From assembly GCA_964619725.1 (NCBI GenBank), contig CAZUFC010000072.1:1-41545 (forward strand): a DNA stretch of 41,545 nucleotides, given 5' to 3'. The notes beneath the pieces were generated by a model, which was not told where the DNA came from, searched no databases, and worked only from the letters and a program-made list of their open reading frames with translations. This document shows positions 9,326-18,499 of the stretch, piece by piece. This DNA comes from an uncultured bacterium (GTDB taxonomy: Bacteria; CSSED10-310; CAZUFC01). Numbering within the stretch: position 1 is the stretch's first letter; the number at the start of each line of letters is the position of its first letter. The translations under genes and the position numbers were made by a program.

Positions 9326-11275
9326 TTAACCGTCTTGCCTTCGTTTAAGTATGATCATTGACTTCTGGAATAATTTCAGCCTCTTGTGCGCTTCTCTGAA
9401 TTGCAGATATTCTTCCGGTTCAAGCAGATTGGCGTTTAATCGAAAATCGCTGCGGAATATGATCTTCTGCCCTTCTTCCGTTACATCTATTTTCAGCGAT
9501 ACAGGCCCCGCCTCCATATCAAATGAGTCGGGCACGGCCACGATTTCGTAATCGTCCGGTATGATCAGCGTTTCTTCCTGTACAGAACCGTTAGGCGTAA
9601 ACACGAAAAGAGGATGCCTTCTTTCCTTTAACCCCGACAGATACTCGAACCTGCCGGATTGAACGACATCAAAATCAAAACCCCCTAAAGCGAATTTTAA
9701 AAACTGGTATTCCCCGATGTCCACGATATATTCGGGAGCCTCAAATTCAAACGTTATCACATAAGGCTCCAACAGATCGCTCGGACTCCCGGCATCCGTA
9801 TTCGCTATGCTCGTTCCTTTGTGAAAATCCTGGGCGATCTTCTGCCAGAGCATCAAAAACTGGAATCCCGGCAATTGCCTGCCCAACATCCTTAAAACAT
9901 ATTCATAGAATCCCCTGCCCTTTATCTCAATCGATCCTGATAAACCGCCCTCTTCCGACAGAACCGTCTCTGCCGTTATGAATCCCAGACTCCTGGATGC
10001 CGGCGTCGGCGGCAGCTTCTTTAAATCGCTTCCCGGTTCCGTCAAATGCAATACATATCTGTCGCCTACATATGGCTCGCCAAATGCCGCACTTAATTCC
10101 AACGTCGGGTCCATATACACCGTACGACCCTCATACTTCACGCCGCAGATCGCATGCTGAAAATATATGCTCGGTATCGCCGGCTCCGTCTTGTAATTGA
10201 TGTTTATTATGACATCGTCGCACTCCACTCCGATCTCACGCAACATCGATATCATCAGTATCGTCTTGTCTCGGCATACGCCGAATTGCTTCTCAAACGT
10301 ATATGATGCCTTATGAGGCTCCATGAATGCTCCCACATCCATCGATGATCCCATATACCTCACCTTCGTGGATACATAATTGTATATCGACATTATCTTT
10401 TCCTTCAAACTCACGTAATCCTTCGTCAGCTCTTCGACCTTCTCACGCATCTCCGGCGTTATGTCAATCTTGCCTTCATTCAATGATGCCCCATACACAG
10501 ACAACTCCTTCCAATCCTTGAACGTCCCGACCATCAATTTGCCCGCTATATCTACAAGACTCGTCATTCCAAATTCTTCCACTATCTGAGGAACATTCGA
10601 CACTCGCCAGTAATATTCTGTCTTGCCATCCGCATTCTTCTCACTATACTCCGCCTCCGCATCTTCAATGTATACCTCCAAAGGTTTATCCTCCGGTCCT
10701 CGAATGATGACCTCCTTTTCGATGATTGGGGCAAACTCCTGTAAAAGTACCAGTCCGTTGTAATGACCCCTGACGATCGGATCAGCCTTGTAATGCGTCT
10801 TCGCTTCTATCGTGTCCCCCACTTTTAAAGATGGATATGTTACCGTCTTCTGACGAAAATCCTCCTCAAATATATTCATCTGCTGAGTCAAAGACATCGT
10901 GCCGTCCTTAATCGCATCCTCAGGCGCCTCGGTTATCTCGCCGTCAGGATGTATTACACGCGCTGTCTCTATATCCACAGACATGTATCCCGCATGATAC
11001 GGATACGTCGCAGTCGCCAAATCCTTTAAACCCTTCTCCGTTAATATCTTCACTACTCGATGATTGATGCTCTCAAAAGCCCCCGTCGCATCAAATTCCG
11101 TCTCATTCCTCTCATAGATTACTACGTAATTCGATTCCGGATAATCCTCTACGCCGCCAGCTTCCGCTATCCGCTCCAGTATCCCCGAATCCGACCTCTC
11201 TGCTCCATTACTGACATCCATGCAGCTAAAAAATGTAATCAATATCAATGTCGCCGCTATTCCTGCTTCTTTCAT
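9326..11275 (-). CDS. DUF3857 + transglutaminase-like exported protein (possible lipoprotein) with intact Cys-His-Asp triad
   Basis: RBS AAGGAGG at 11280-11286. N-terminus ...ITFFSC. Motifs GVCRDK, FQHAI, YMDPT. DUF3857-type LKVGDTIE. Confidence 0.85.
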   Translation of the reverse strand: MKEAGIAATLILITFFSCMDVSNGAERSDSGILERIAEAGGVEDYPESNYVVIYERNETEFDATGAFESINHRVVKILTEKGLKDLATATYPYHAGYMSVDIETARVIHPDGEITEAPEDAIKDGTMSLTQQMNIFEEDFRQKTVTYPSLKVGDTIEAKTHYKADPIVRGHYNGLVLLQEFAPIIEKEVIIRGPEDKPLEVYIEDAEAEYSEKNADGKTEYYWRVSNVPQIVEEFGMTSLVDIAGKLMVGTFKDWKELSVYGASLNEGKIDITPEMREKVEELTKDYVSLKEKIMSIYNYVSTKVRYMGSSMDVGAFMEPHKASYTFEKQFGVCRDKTILMISMLREIGVECDDVIININYKTEPAIPSIYFQHAICGVKYEGRTVYMDPTLELSAAFGEPYVGDRYVLHLTEPGSDLKKLPPTPASRSLGFITAETVLSEEGGLSGSIEIKGRGFYEYVLRMLGRQLPGFQFLMLWQKIAQDFHKGTSIANTDAGSPSDLLEPYVITFEFEAPEYIVDIGEYQFLKFALGGFDFDVVQSGRFEYLSGLKERRHPLFVFTPNGSVQEETLIIPDDYEIVAVPDSFDMEAGPVSLKIDVTEEGQKIIFRSDFRLNANLLEPEEYLQFREAHKRLKLFQKSMIILKRRQDG

Positions 11276-11374
11276 AATTCCTCCTTGTCCTTCAGACTCT
11301 GAAATCCCTTCAACTTCCGCTTTCGCCTCGCCGATGACGAATCAAAAACGAAATTGCGCCTCTTCCTCGCCCTA

Positions 11375-11403
11375 ACACTAATCTCACCATCCCCTAATGT
11401 CAA
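11375..11403 (-). promoter_or_regulatory. Putative sigma70 promoter for the DUF3857/TGase genes
   Basis: TTGACA (11403-11398), 17 bp, TAGTGT (11380-11375) on the minus strand. Confidence 0.55.
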
Positions 11404-11517
11404 AAGTTTCTCCTCCCCTTTTAATCCCTGACAACAGTCTGCCGATGCCCCGCTGCTAGAATTTTTCGTTTTTTTTTACTTTTTATTACTTTTTTCCAAT
11501 ATTTCTGCTTTTATCCT

Positions 11518-11547
11518 TTGACACGAGGTGTCGTTTTGTGGTAAAAA
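11518..11547 (+). promoter_or_regulatory. Putative dcw (mraZ) promoter
   Basis: TTGACA at 11518-11523. Extended -10 TGgTAAAAA at 11539-11547. T-rich UP-like tract upstream. Confidence 0.55.
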
Positions 11548-11548
11548 A

Positions 11549-11582
11549 TCCCAGAGTGGCCCAATTTTTCCCAAACTTGGGA
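11549..11582. promoter_or_regulatory. Putative MraZ operator (TGGGN repeats at 10-bp period)
   Basis: TCCCA 11549, GCCCA 11559, TCCCA 11569 (TGGGN on the minus strand, exact 10-bp phasing), plus TGGGA on the plus strand at 11578. Lies just downstream of the promoter, as expected for MraZ autorepression. Confidence 0.65.
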
Positions 11583-11636
11583 TTATAGGCTGAGCAGGAA
11601 TACGTTGGAAAAACAACCTAATATTGGCGGTAAAAC

Positions 11637-12089
11637 ATGTTTGGAGCATTCATAACTAAAGAATTGGACTCCAAAAACAGATTGATGATTCCGAAGAAAC
11701 TTCGGGAGGACCTGCTGTCGGCAGGAGAGCGAAAGCTGGCCGTCATGTATCTGGATGGTTGTCTTCAAATATATCCCTGGAAATATTGGGAAATGATAAT
11801 GCAGAAGATGCTGGCCCTGTCGATTCTGGATCCTGACGCGCGTAAGCTTCAGCGCGTCTGGGGAAGCAAAGTGGAGGTATGCGAATTGGATAAGGAGGGT
11901 AGATTTACTCTTACGAAGAGCATGAAGGAAAAAGCGGGGATTGAAAAGGAAACGGTGATATTCGGTGCGTTCAACCGTCTGGAAATCTGGTCGAGAGAGA
12001 ATTGGGACAATTCGGACGATGAAATGCCTTCGCCTGAGGAGATAGGCCGCATAGTGAATCAGAAGAAGGAGGCGACGGGATTATTTTGA
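11637..12089 (+). CDS. mraZ: Division/cell wall cluster transcriptional repressor MraZ
   Basis: Two AbrB-like repeats LDSKNRLMIP and LDKEGRFTL, GAFNRLEIW. First gene of the dcw cluster. Confidence 0.95.
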   Translation: MFGAFITKELDSKNRLMIPKKLREDLLSAGERKLAVMYLDGCLQIYPWKYWEMIMQKMLALSILDPDARKLQRVWGSKVEVCELDKEGRFTLTKSMKEKAGIEKETVIFGAFNRLEIWSRENWDNSDDEMPSPEEIGRIVNQKKEATGLF

Positions 12090-13033
12090 TGTCGACTTAT
12101 GCCCATCAGCCGGTGTTGCTTGAAGAGACGGTTAAATTTTTAAATTTAAGCCGGGGTTCGTTTTTTATAGACGGAACGATAGGAGAGGGAGGACATGCGG
12201 AGCGTGTTGCCCAGGCGGTGTCGCCGGCGGGCAAAATAATTGGGATAGACCGGGACAGCTCAGCGCTGGAAAAAGCGAAGGTCAGGTTATCGGAATATGG
12301 AGTGGCGCTGGAACTCTTTCATGGACGTTTTGAGGATATTTTTCAGGACTTGCTTCGTTCAGGAACGGAGGCTGATGGGATTTTGCTGGATTTGGGTATT
12401 TCCGTTAACCAGTTGGAGAATCCAGATCGGGGATTCAGTTTCCGAGAAAGGGGTCCGTTGGATATGCGTATGGACCGGAGTTCACATGAAACAGCGGCCA
12501 CGCTTCTTCACCGGGTGAGTCAATCCGAACTTGCGAAGCTGCTCTGGAAATATGGCGAAGAGAGGTATTCGAAACGGATATCAAGAGCGATCGTTTCTGG
12601 AATTAAGAAGGGAGAGATACAGAGTACGTTGGATTTGTCCGAGACGATATACAAAACCGTTCCGGGAGGCAGGCACGGACGAGTGCATCCGGCTACAAGG
12701 ACTTTTCAGGCGATACGCATTGCGGTGAACAATGAATTGGAAAGGCTTGAGGAGGGCATACTGAACGGCATAGAACTGTTGAGAAACGGGGGAAAAATAG
12801 CGGTCATATCTTTTCATTCTCTTGAGGACCGCATTGTAAAAGAAACTTTTCGGGATGCCGCAGGCCGGTGCCGTTGTCCTCGGGATTTTCCCGAATGCGT
12901 TTGCGGCGCCGAATCATCGGGAACTATTCAAACATTGAAACCGGTTCGGCCGCAAGAATCTGAAGTAGATCGAAATCCGAAATCACGCAGCGCCAGGCTC
13001 CGCGTTTTTAAGAAAATCATCAAGGAATTATGA
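12089..13033 (+). CDS. rsmH: 16S rRNA m4C1402 methyltransferase RsmH (MraW)
   Basis: HQPVLLEE, DGTIGEGGH, DLGIS, PLDMRMD, HPATRTFQAIRIAVNNEL, ISFHSLEDRIVK, NPKSRSARLR. TGATG overlap with mraZ. Confidence 0.97.
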   Translation: MSTYAHQPVLLEETVKFLNLSRGSFFIDGTIGEGGHAERVAQAVSPAGKIIGIDRDSSALEKAKVRLSEYGVALELFHGRFEDIFQDLLRSGTEADGILLDLGISVNQLENPDRGFSFRERGPLDMRMDRSSHETAATLLHRVSQSELAKLLWKYGEERYSKRISRAIVSGIKKGEIQSTLDLSETIYKTVPGGRHGRVHPATRTFQAIRIAVNNELERLEEGILNGIELLRNGGKIAVISFHSLEDRIVKETFRDAAGRCRCPRDFPECVCGAESSGTIQTLKPVRPQESEVDRNPKSRSARLRVFKKIIKEL

Positions 13034-14445
13034 TGAATTCGAGAAAAATCCTATCACCGGCCCTTCTAAGGCTGAAACCTCAAGATCGCGTCGTTGTGGT
13101 CGGATTGGGAATCAGCGGGAAAAGCGCGGCTTTGTTGCTGTCAAAGATGGGATTTGAAGCGGTATTGAGTGAAAAGCGAGAGTTGACTGCATCCGATCCA
13201 GAAATTCGTGATTTAAATTTGAATCGAATCAGGATAGAGAGCGGCGGTCATTCCGAAGGGTTATTTTTAGCGAGCAAGTTGATCGTTCTGAGTCCCGGAG
13301 TTCCTTTCGATCTTCCCATTCTGCAGAAATGCCGTTCAAGGGGCATTCCGGTTATCGGTGAAGTTGAGCTGGCATGGCGCCTAATGTCCAATCCTGTTAT
13401 CGCTGTTACTGGAACAAACGGCAAAAGCACTACCGTGACCTGGACAGCGCACGTCATGCGTGAGTCAGGCATACCCGTTGAATTAGTCGGCAATATTGGT
13501 AAACCTGTTACCGGCATCGTCGGAACAGTGTCGGATGAAACCTGGCTGGTCGAAGAAATAAGCAGTTTTCAGCTCGAAACAATAGAGTATTTCAAACCTC
13601 GAATAGCCGTCTGTTTAAATTTTGCGCCGGACCACCTGGATCGACACAAAACGGTAGAAGAATATTATAAAATGAAACTCAAGATATTCAAAAATCAGGA
13701 CGCCGATGATACGGCGCTTCTAAACAGCGACGATTCCATATGTCGTGAAGCATCTTCCGGTCTTCCGATCAAACCCCTGTTTTTCGGGGGTAAGGGTGAC
13801 CGCGGCGAATATGTTTTCCTCAAACAGGGGGATATCCGCTATCGTTCAAATGATCATGAACACATCATGGGTAATGCCGGAAGTCTCCCTCTCCCGGGAA
13901 TTCACAACGTTGAAAACGCCATGGCTGTCTGCGCCGCATGCTTATCCGCGGGAATAGACGCTACAGCTATCTGGAAAGCTCTGCTGACTTTTAAAGGTCT
14001 TGATCATCGTATGCAGAAGGTCCTGGAAAAAGACGGGATAGTATATTACAACGATTCGAAAGCCACTAATCCCGCAGCGACAATAAAATCGTTGGAAAGC
14101 TTCTCCTGCCCTCTCATCCTCATCGCCGGCGGAAAAGACAAGGGCCTGGACCCGGCGGAACTGGCGCCGCATTTGAAAAACGTACGATACGTCGTTACTC
14201 TGGGAGAAACGGGACCTTATATCCAAAAAATAATCAGAAACATTGTTCCGGGAATGCATGCGAAATCAATGGAAGAAGCATTAAGGACGGCCTGTCGCAA
14301 AGCGAAAAGAGGAGATGCGGTTTTATTTTCCCCCGCCGCATCGAGTTTCGATATGTTCGATAACTTCGAACATCGGGGCAAAGTGTTTACAGAAACGTTA
14401 ACAAGAGTCTGCAGTCATAATGAAAATGAACTCAGCGCCGTTTGA
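13030..14445 (+). CDS. murD: UDP-N-acetylmuramoyl-L-alanine--D-glutamate ligase MurD
   Basis: GLGISG, SPGVP, TGTNGKSTT, EISSFQLE, DHLDRH, NDSKATN, SPAASSFDMFDNFEHRG. Confidence 0.96.
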   Translation: MMNSRKILSPALLRLKPQDRVVVVGLGISGKSAALLLSKMGFEAVLSEKRELTASDPEIRDLNLNRIRIESGGHSEGLFLASKLIVLSPGVPFDLPILQKCRSRGIPVIGEVELAWRLMSNPVIAVTGTNGKSTTVTWTAHVMRESGIPVELVGNIGKPVTGIVGTVSDETWLVEEISSFQLETIEYFKPRIAVCLNFAPDHLDRHKTVEEYYKMKLKIFKNQDADDTALLNSDDSICREASSGLPIKPLFFGGKGDRGEYVFLKQGDIRYRSNDHEHIMGNAGSLPLPGIHNVENAMAVCAACLSAGIDATAIWKALLTFKGLDHRMQKVLEKDGIVYYNDSKATNPAATIKSLESFSCPLILIAGGKDKGLDPAELAPHLKNVRYVVTLGETGPYIQKIIRNIVPGMHAKSMEEALRTACRKAKRGDAVLFSPAASSFDMFDNFEHRGKVFTETLTRVCSHNENELSAV

Positions 14446-15385
14446 ACAGCTTAAAAAAACTATCGCCGGCCGATGCAGCCGCAATGTCAAACTGGCTCCT
14501 CTGACTTCCTGGAAAATCGGAGGTCCCGCTGATATCTTCGTTCAACCCGGTAATATTGACGAACTGGAAGAAACTCTGAAAATATCCTCTGAATTTTCGA
14601 TTCCCCTCTTTGTTCTGGGTAACGGCAGCAATTTGCTTATCAGTGATGAGGGAGTTCGCGGAATAGTAATAAAAATGGGCGGTGATTTTAACAGTATAAC
14701 TGTCGAAAAATCACGCATCACGGCGGGAGCGAGCGCGATATTAAGCCTTGTCGTAAACGAAGCGTCGAGGAATGGATTGACCGGTCTTGAATTTCTGGCG
14801 GGCATTCCCGGGACCGTCGGCGGCGCTGTGTTTATGAATGCAGGATCGACAGAACGGGGAATAAACGATTATTTAAAATACGTCGACGTCTTGACTTTTT
14901 CCGGCAAAAGGGTTCGGTATTCCTCTTCTGATTTGAAATACGGTTACCGCTGGACCCTATTTCCGGAGAAATGCATAATCACGGGGGTCGCTTTTAATCT
15001 GAATGGCATTGATCCTGAAAAAAGCCGGCAAATGGTCATTGAATACCTGGGACGCAAGAGGTCGACACAACCCATCGGAGCGCATACCGCGGGTTGCGTA
15101 TTCAAGAATCCGCCCGGCATCCTTGCAGGAAAAATCATTGACGACCTGGGACTGAAAGGGACCAGGGAAGGAGATGCTGAAATTTCGCGACTCCACGCTA
15201 ATCACATCATCAACAAAGGTAATGCGACGTTCCGTAACATTCTTGATCTGATAAACCGGGTACAACATGAAGTCTTTGTTAACACAGGCGAAAAGTTAAC
15301 TCTTGAAATCAAAATTATTGGAAAATGCAGCGATAAAGCAACCCTAAAATTACTCGAAACCGTCAGCGCTGAAAATCATGAATAA
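14420..15385 (+). CDS. murB: UDP-N-acetylenolpyruvoylglucosamine reductase MurB
   Basis: TSWKIGGPA, LGNGSNLL, GIPGTVGGAVFMNAG, YGYR, AGCVFKNP, HANHIIN, LEIKIIG. Confidence 0.95.
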   Translation: MKMNSAPFEQLKKTIAGRCSRNVKLAPLTSWKIGGPADIFVQPGNIDELEETLKISSEFSIPLFVLGNGSNLLISDEGVRGIVIKMGGDFNSITVEKSRITAGASAILSLVVNEASRNGLTGLEFLAGIPGTVGGAVFMNAGSTERGINDYLKYVDVLTFSGKRVRYSSSDLKYGYRWTLFPEKCIITGVAFNLNGIDPEKSRQMVIEYLGRKRSTQPIGAHTAGCVFKNPPGILAGKIIDDLGLKGTREGDAEISRLHANHIINKGNATFRNILDLINRVQHEVFVNTGEKLTLEIKIIGKCSDKATLKLLETVSAENHE

Positions 15386-16586
15386 ATTACTCATTAAAAA
15401 CAACAGAGATGCAGTCGGAGCCATTGAAATCGGTTCAACGGCCATCCGCTCCGCAGCGGGCTGCTTCGATGCCCAAGGGCGACTCGATTTGTTAGGCGCC
15501 GCTTCACGCCGTTTTTCGGGAATCATGTGCGGCGAAGTAGTCGACAGGTTTGAAACAGTCCAGGCTATGAAAGAAGTCGCCGAACAGGTGAAAATTGCTT
15601 CTGGAATGACAGAAATGGATTTTATCGTCGGCCTGCAGGGCTCCTACGTAAGAAAATGGAAAGCGCCGTTAAATGACTTTGCCGGATTGCCCCTGGATGA
15701 CGACGAAGAAATTTTTCACTTGTTCAATGATGCAGAAATGATGTTTCATTCTGGAGCTCCGTCGGGCGCTTCCGACAAACGCGGATTGGTCGTCTCCGCC
15801 AGAAAAAAAAGAATCGATGAAATACTGGAATGTTTAAACGAAGCTGAAATTCCTATAAAAAACATCACCTGGTCACCGCTTGCCCTGGCCTTTCTGCATT
15901 TCAGAAAATTCCTTCAAAAAAATCAGGCGCTTTTGATAGATTTGGGAGAAACCGAAACCACCGTCATCATGAAGAACAATGTGGACATTCCGGATATTTT
16001 TTCTTTAAAACAGGGTGAACTCCATGCCGTTAACCGGCTGGCGGTTGAATTCGCTATTCAAGCCGTCGAAGCAAGAAGGCTGAAAAGGAAATTAGGATGT
16101 TCGCTCAACGAAGCCTCGGTTCATCCAGAAACCTTCAGAATACCCGGAATTAAAAATCAAATCGTTGAAATAAACAAGGCTGCAGCGGTAAAAAAACTCC
16201 GGGTTCACTTTTACCGATTAATGCAAAAAATCAAGGATATCGCAGAAGAAGAAAATCCTGCATTCTCTCCGGATGAAGTCATCTTAACCGGCGAAGGGGC
16301 TTGCACGAGAGGGCTTCCGGCATTCATTCAGACAATCTGGGGAGCGAATTGCGGTAAGCATGATGAATCCTTTCCCATAAAAGGATCGGTGATATCCGGA
16401 GATTATGACAATTTATCGACGTTAATCTCATTGCTGTTCGTTGATCAGTCTTCCGGAATCAATTGCAGACTGCTGAAAAACAGGCATCAGTCGACATTGA
16501 AGCGGTGGTATTTTAAGGGAAAACAAATGGCGGATAAAGTCTTAGAACACGGAGCCTGGCGGGAATGGGCCATTCAGGATTACTGA
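15378..16586 (+). CDS. ftsA: Highly divergent FtsA-like cell division protein
   Basis: Actin-fold motif order AIEIGSTAI, GIMCGEVVD, LIDLGETETT, ARRLKRKLG, VILTGEGA. Position between murB and ftsZ. Aromatic/basic C-terminal tail. Confidence 0.7.
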   Translation: MNKLLIKNNRDAVGAIEIGSTAIRSAAGCFDAQGRLDLLGAASRRFSGIMCGEVVDRFETVQAMKEVAEQVKIASGMTEMDFIVGLQGSYVRKWKAPLNDFAGLPLDDDEEIFHLFNDAEMMFHSGAPSGASDKRGLVVSARKKRIDEILECLNEAEIPIKNITWSPLALAFLHFRKFLQKNQALLIDLGETETTVIMKNNVDIPDIFSLKQGELHAVNRLAVEFAIQAVEARRLKRKLGCSLNEASVHPETFRIPGIKNQIVEINKAAAVKKLRVHFYRLMQKIKDIAEEENPAFSPDEVILTGEGACTRGLPAFIQTIWGANCGKHDESFPIKGSVISGDYDNLSTLISLLFVDQSSGINCRLLKNRHQSTLKRWYFKGKQMADKVLEHGAWREWAIQDY

Positions 16587-16651
16587 TGAAATTTATAATA
16601 AATGCATTGTCAACGGATCATTTAAAAAATCAATTCGTTTCATCTCAATTT

Positions 16652-16680
16652 TTGCAAAAAACGACATTAACCCTTATACT
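16652..16680 (+). promoter_or_regulatory. Putative dedicated ftsZ promoter
   Basis: TTGCAA (16652-16657), 17 bp, TATACT (16675-16680) in the AT-rich ftsA-ftsZ gap. GGAGG RBS at 16713-16717. Confidence 0.6.
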
Positions 16681-16724
16681 GATCGTTCAGTTTCACTCGT
16701 GCATTGCTTGATGGAGGTTTAATA

Positions 16725-18194
16725 ATGATTAGGTTTGCAGAGGAGGACAATTCTTCGAAAAAGAAGGCGGGAATCAAAGTTGTCGGACTCGGGGGAGGCG
16801 GAGGAAACGCTGTTTCCCGCATGCTTGATAAGGATATGTCCGGCGTCGAATTCATAATTTGTAATACGGACCTGCAGGCTCTTAATAATTTTCCCGGGCC
16901 GGTGAAAATCCAGATCGGAAGGGAACTGTGCAACGGTTTGGGCGCGGGCGGAGCCCCGGCCATAGGAGAGCAGGCTGCGCTTGAGCAAATTGAAGAGATA
17001 AAGCAGCAATTGGAAGGCGCAGACATGGTTTTTATAACGGCGGGCATGGGCGGAGGAACCGGAACAGGCTCTGCGCCTGTGGTAGCCGGAGCCGCAAAAG
17101 AGCTTGGAGCGCTGACTGTCGGAGTAGTAACGAAGCCTTTTCAGTTTGAAGGCGGTTACAGGATGGAGCAGGCCGAACAGGGAATAAGAGAGCTCAGCAA
17201 AAGAGCGGATACTCTGCTGGTTATCCAGAATGAAAAACTTCTTGAGACCGCTGCAGAGGATACGACGATACAGGAAGGGTTCTCCATGGCTGACGACGTT
17301 CTGTACAAAGCCGTCAGGGGCATATCCGACCTTATTACCATTCCCGGGTACATCAACCTGGATTTCGCTGACGTCAAACGAATAATGGCGGAAATGGGAA
17401 TGACCCTCATGGGTACCGCGGAAGCCGAAGGAAAAGAGCGGGCGATCCAGGCCGTCAAAGAAGCCATCGAATGCCCGTTGCTGGAAGACCTGTCCATTGA
17501 AGGAGCCAGGGGCATACTGATTAATATTACCGGAGGCCCTGATATGACCCTTAAAGAAATTAATGACGCCTCCACCTATATCTTTGAAGCCTCCGACAGG
17601 GAAGCCAACATCATTTGGGGTTACGTCGTCTCTCCGGAATACGAGGGAAAAATTAAAATTACCGTTATAGCCACAGGGTTGAGTACTTCCGGTTTCAAAA
17701 CTTCTGAATCGCTGAACATCAAAAAAGAGGAACTTCCTCCACCTGAAGAAGAGGAAGATGAGCAGGAACCCGCATTGGTTACGACCGCTGCCGGCAATGA
17801 CGGAAGACCTGATGAAATGCCGGATGTTGAAACGCCCCAACCCGTTCCCACCCCTGTTTCTGACGAGTCCGAAGAGACCGAATACCATGATAATGAAGAA
17901 ACCTCCGAGGATAACATCGATACCCTGGAAGAACAGGAAATGCCGGCTTCGACAAAATCACAGGAAAAAACCGATAATTATCAGAAGGAAGCTTACGAAC
18001 CTTCCCCGGCTATTAATCCGGACCTTCCTATCGCTTTAAGATGGAAAAGCATCGAACCCTACCAGAAAAAATCTCTCTCATTAAAATCAGTCAGCCAGGA
18101 CCAGATGTTCACCAACCTCTATTTAAATAATCGAAAACCCTACTCGCCGATAATGTGCCGTCTTAACAAACAAGAAGCGGCCGTTAATGGTTGA
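16725..18194 (+). CDS. ftsZ: Cell division protein FtsZ with long acidic linker
   Basis: ATG at 16725 after [31 protein letters not shown] (tubulin signature), PFQFEG, INLDFAD, ITVIATG. Confidence 0.98.
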   Translation: MIRFAEEDNSSKKKAGIKVVGLGGGGGNAVSRMLDKDMSGVEFIICNTDLQALNNFPGPVKIQIGRELCNGLGAGGAPAIGEQAALEQIEEIKQQLEGADMVFITAGMGGGTGTGSAPVVAGAAKELGALTVGVVTKPFQFEGGYRMEQAEQGIRELSKRADTLLVIQNEKLLETAAEDTTIQEGFSMADDVLYKAVRGISDLITIPGYINLDFADVKRIMAEMGMTLMGTAEAEGKERAIQAVKEAIECPLLEDLSIEGARGILINITGGPDMTLKEINDASTYIFEASDREANIIWGYVVSPEYEGKIKITVIATGLSTSGFKTSESLNIKKEELPPPEEEEDEQEPALVTTAAGNDGRPDEMPDVETPQPVPTPVSDESEETEYHDNEETSEDNIDTLEEQEMPASTKSQEKTDNYQKEAYEPSPAINPDLPIALRWKSIEPYQKKSLSLKSVSQDQMFTNLYLNNRKPYSPIMCRLNKQEAAVNG

Positions 18195-18211
18195 TTTGTA
18201 TCCCCATACAG

Positions 18212-18254
18212 GCCCTTTTCCGAATACCCCCTATACGGAAAAGGGCTTTTTTTT
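18212..18254 (+). terminator. Intrinsic terminator after ftsZ
   Basis: GCCCTTTTCCG, 13-nt loop, CGGAAAAGGGC, then T8. An outer CCCATAC/GTATGGG pair extends the inverted repeat. Confidence 0.85.
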
Positions 18255-18499
18255 GCCCGTATGGGTTTACAGGGGCTTTGACCCCAATTTCTTCAATTGC
18301 TTAATCATTCATCCATCTCCATGAAACTCCATCCAGGCAGCAGTCGGGATGCGGTCCCGAAAAAGAGTCCGAAACGAGTCAGAAACGGGGTCAGAGCCCT
18401 TCGCAAACTTCGGCCCTTCCCCATCAAAATAGCTGAAGAGGAACTTATGAGTATGGCTCATACGCGGTTGATCCAGGAAAAAGCTGAGTCTTACGAAAT

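Noticed and set aside
15080-15115. MurB catalytic Ser replaced by Cys (GCVFKNP)
   Set aside because: A Cys variant at this position is known among MurB enzymes, so it is not evidence of novelty.
16719-17888. 389-aa minus-strand ORF
   Set aside because: Antisense shadow of ftsZ.
11637-18194. Alternative genetic code (UGA = Trp/Gly)
   Set aside because: mraZ, rsmH, murD, ftsA and ftsZ end at TGA at expected positions, some with start/stop overlaps.
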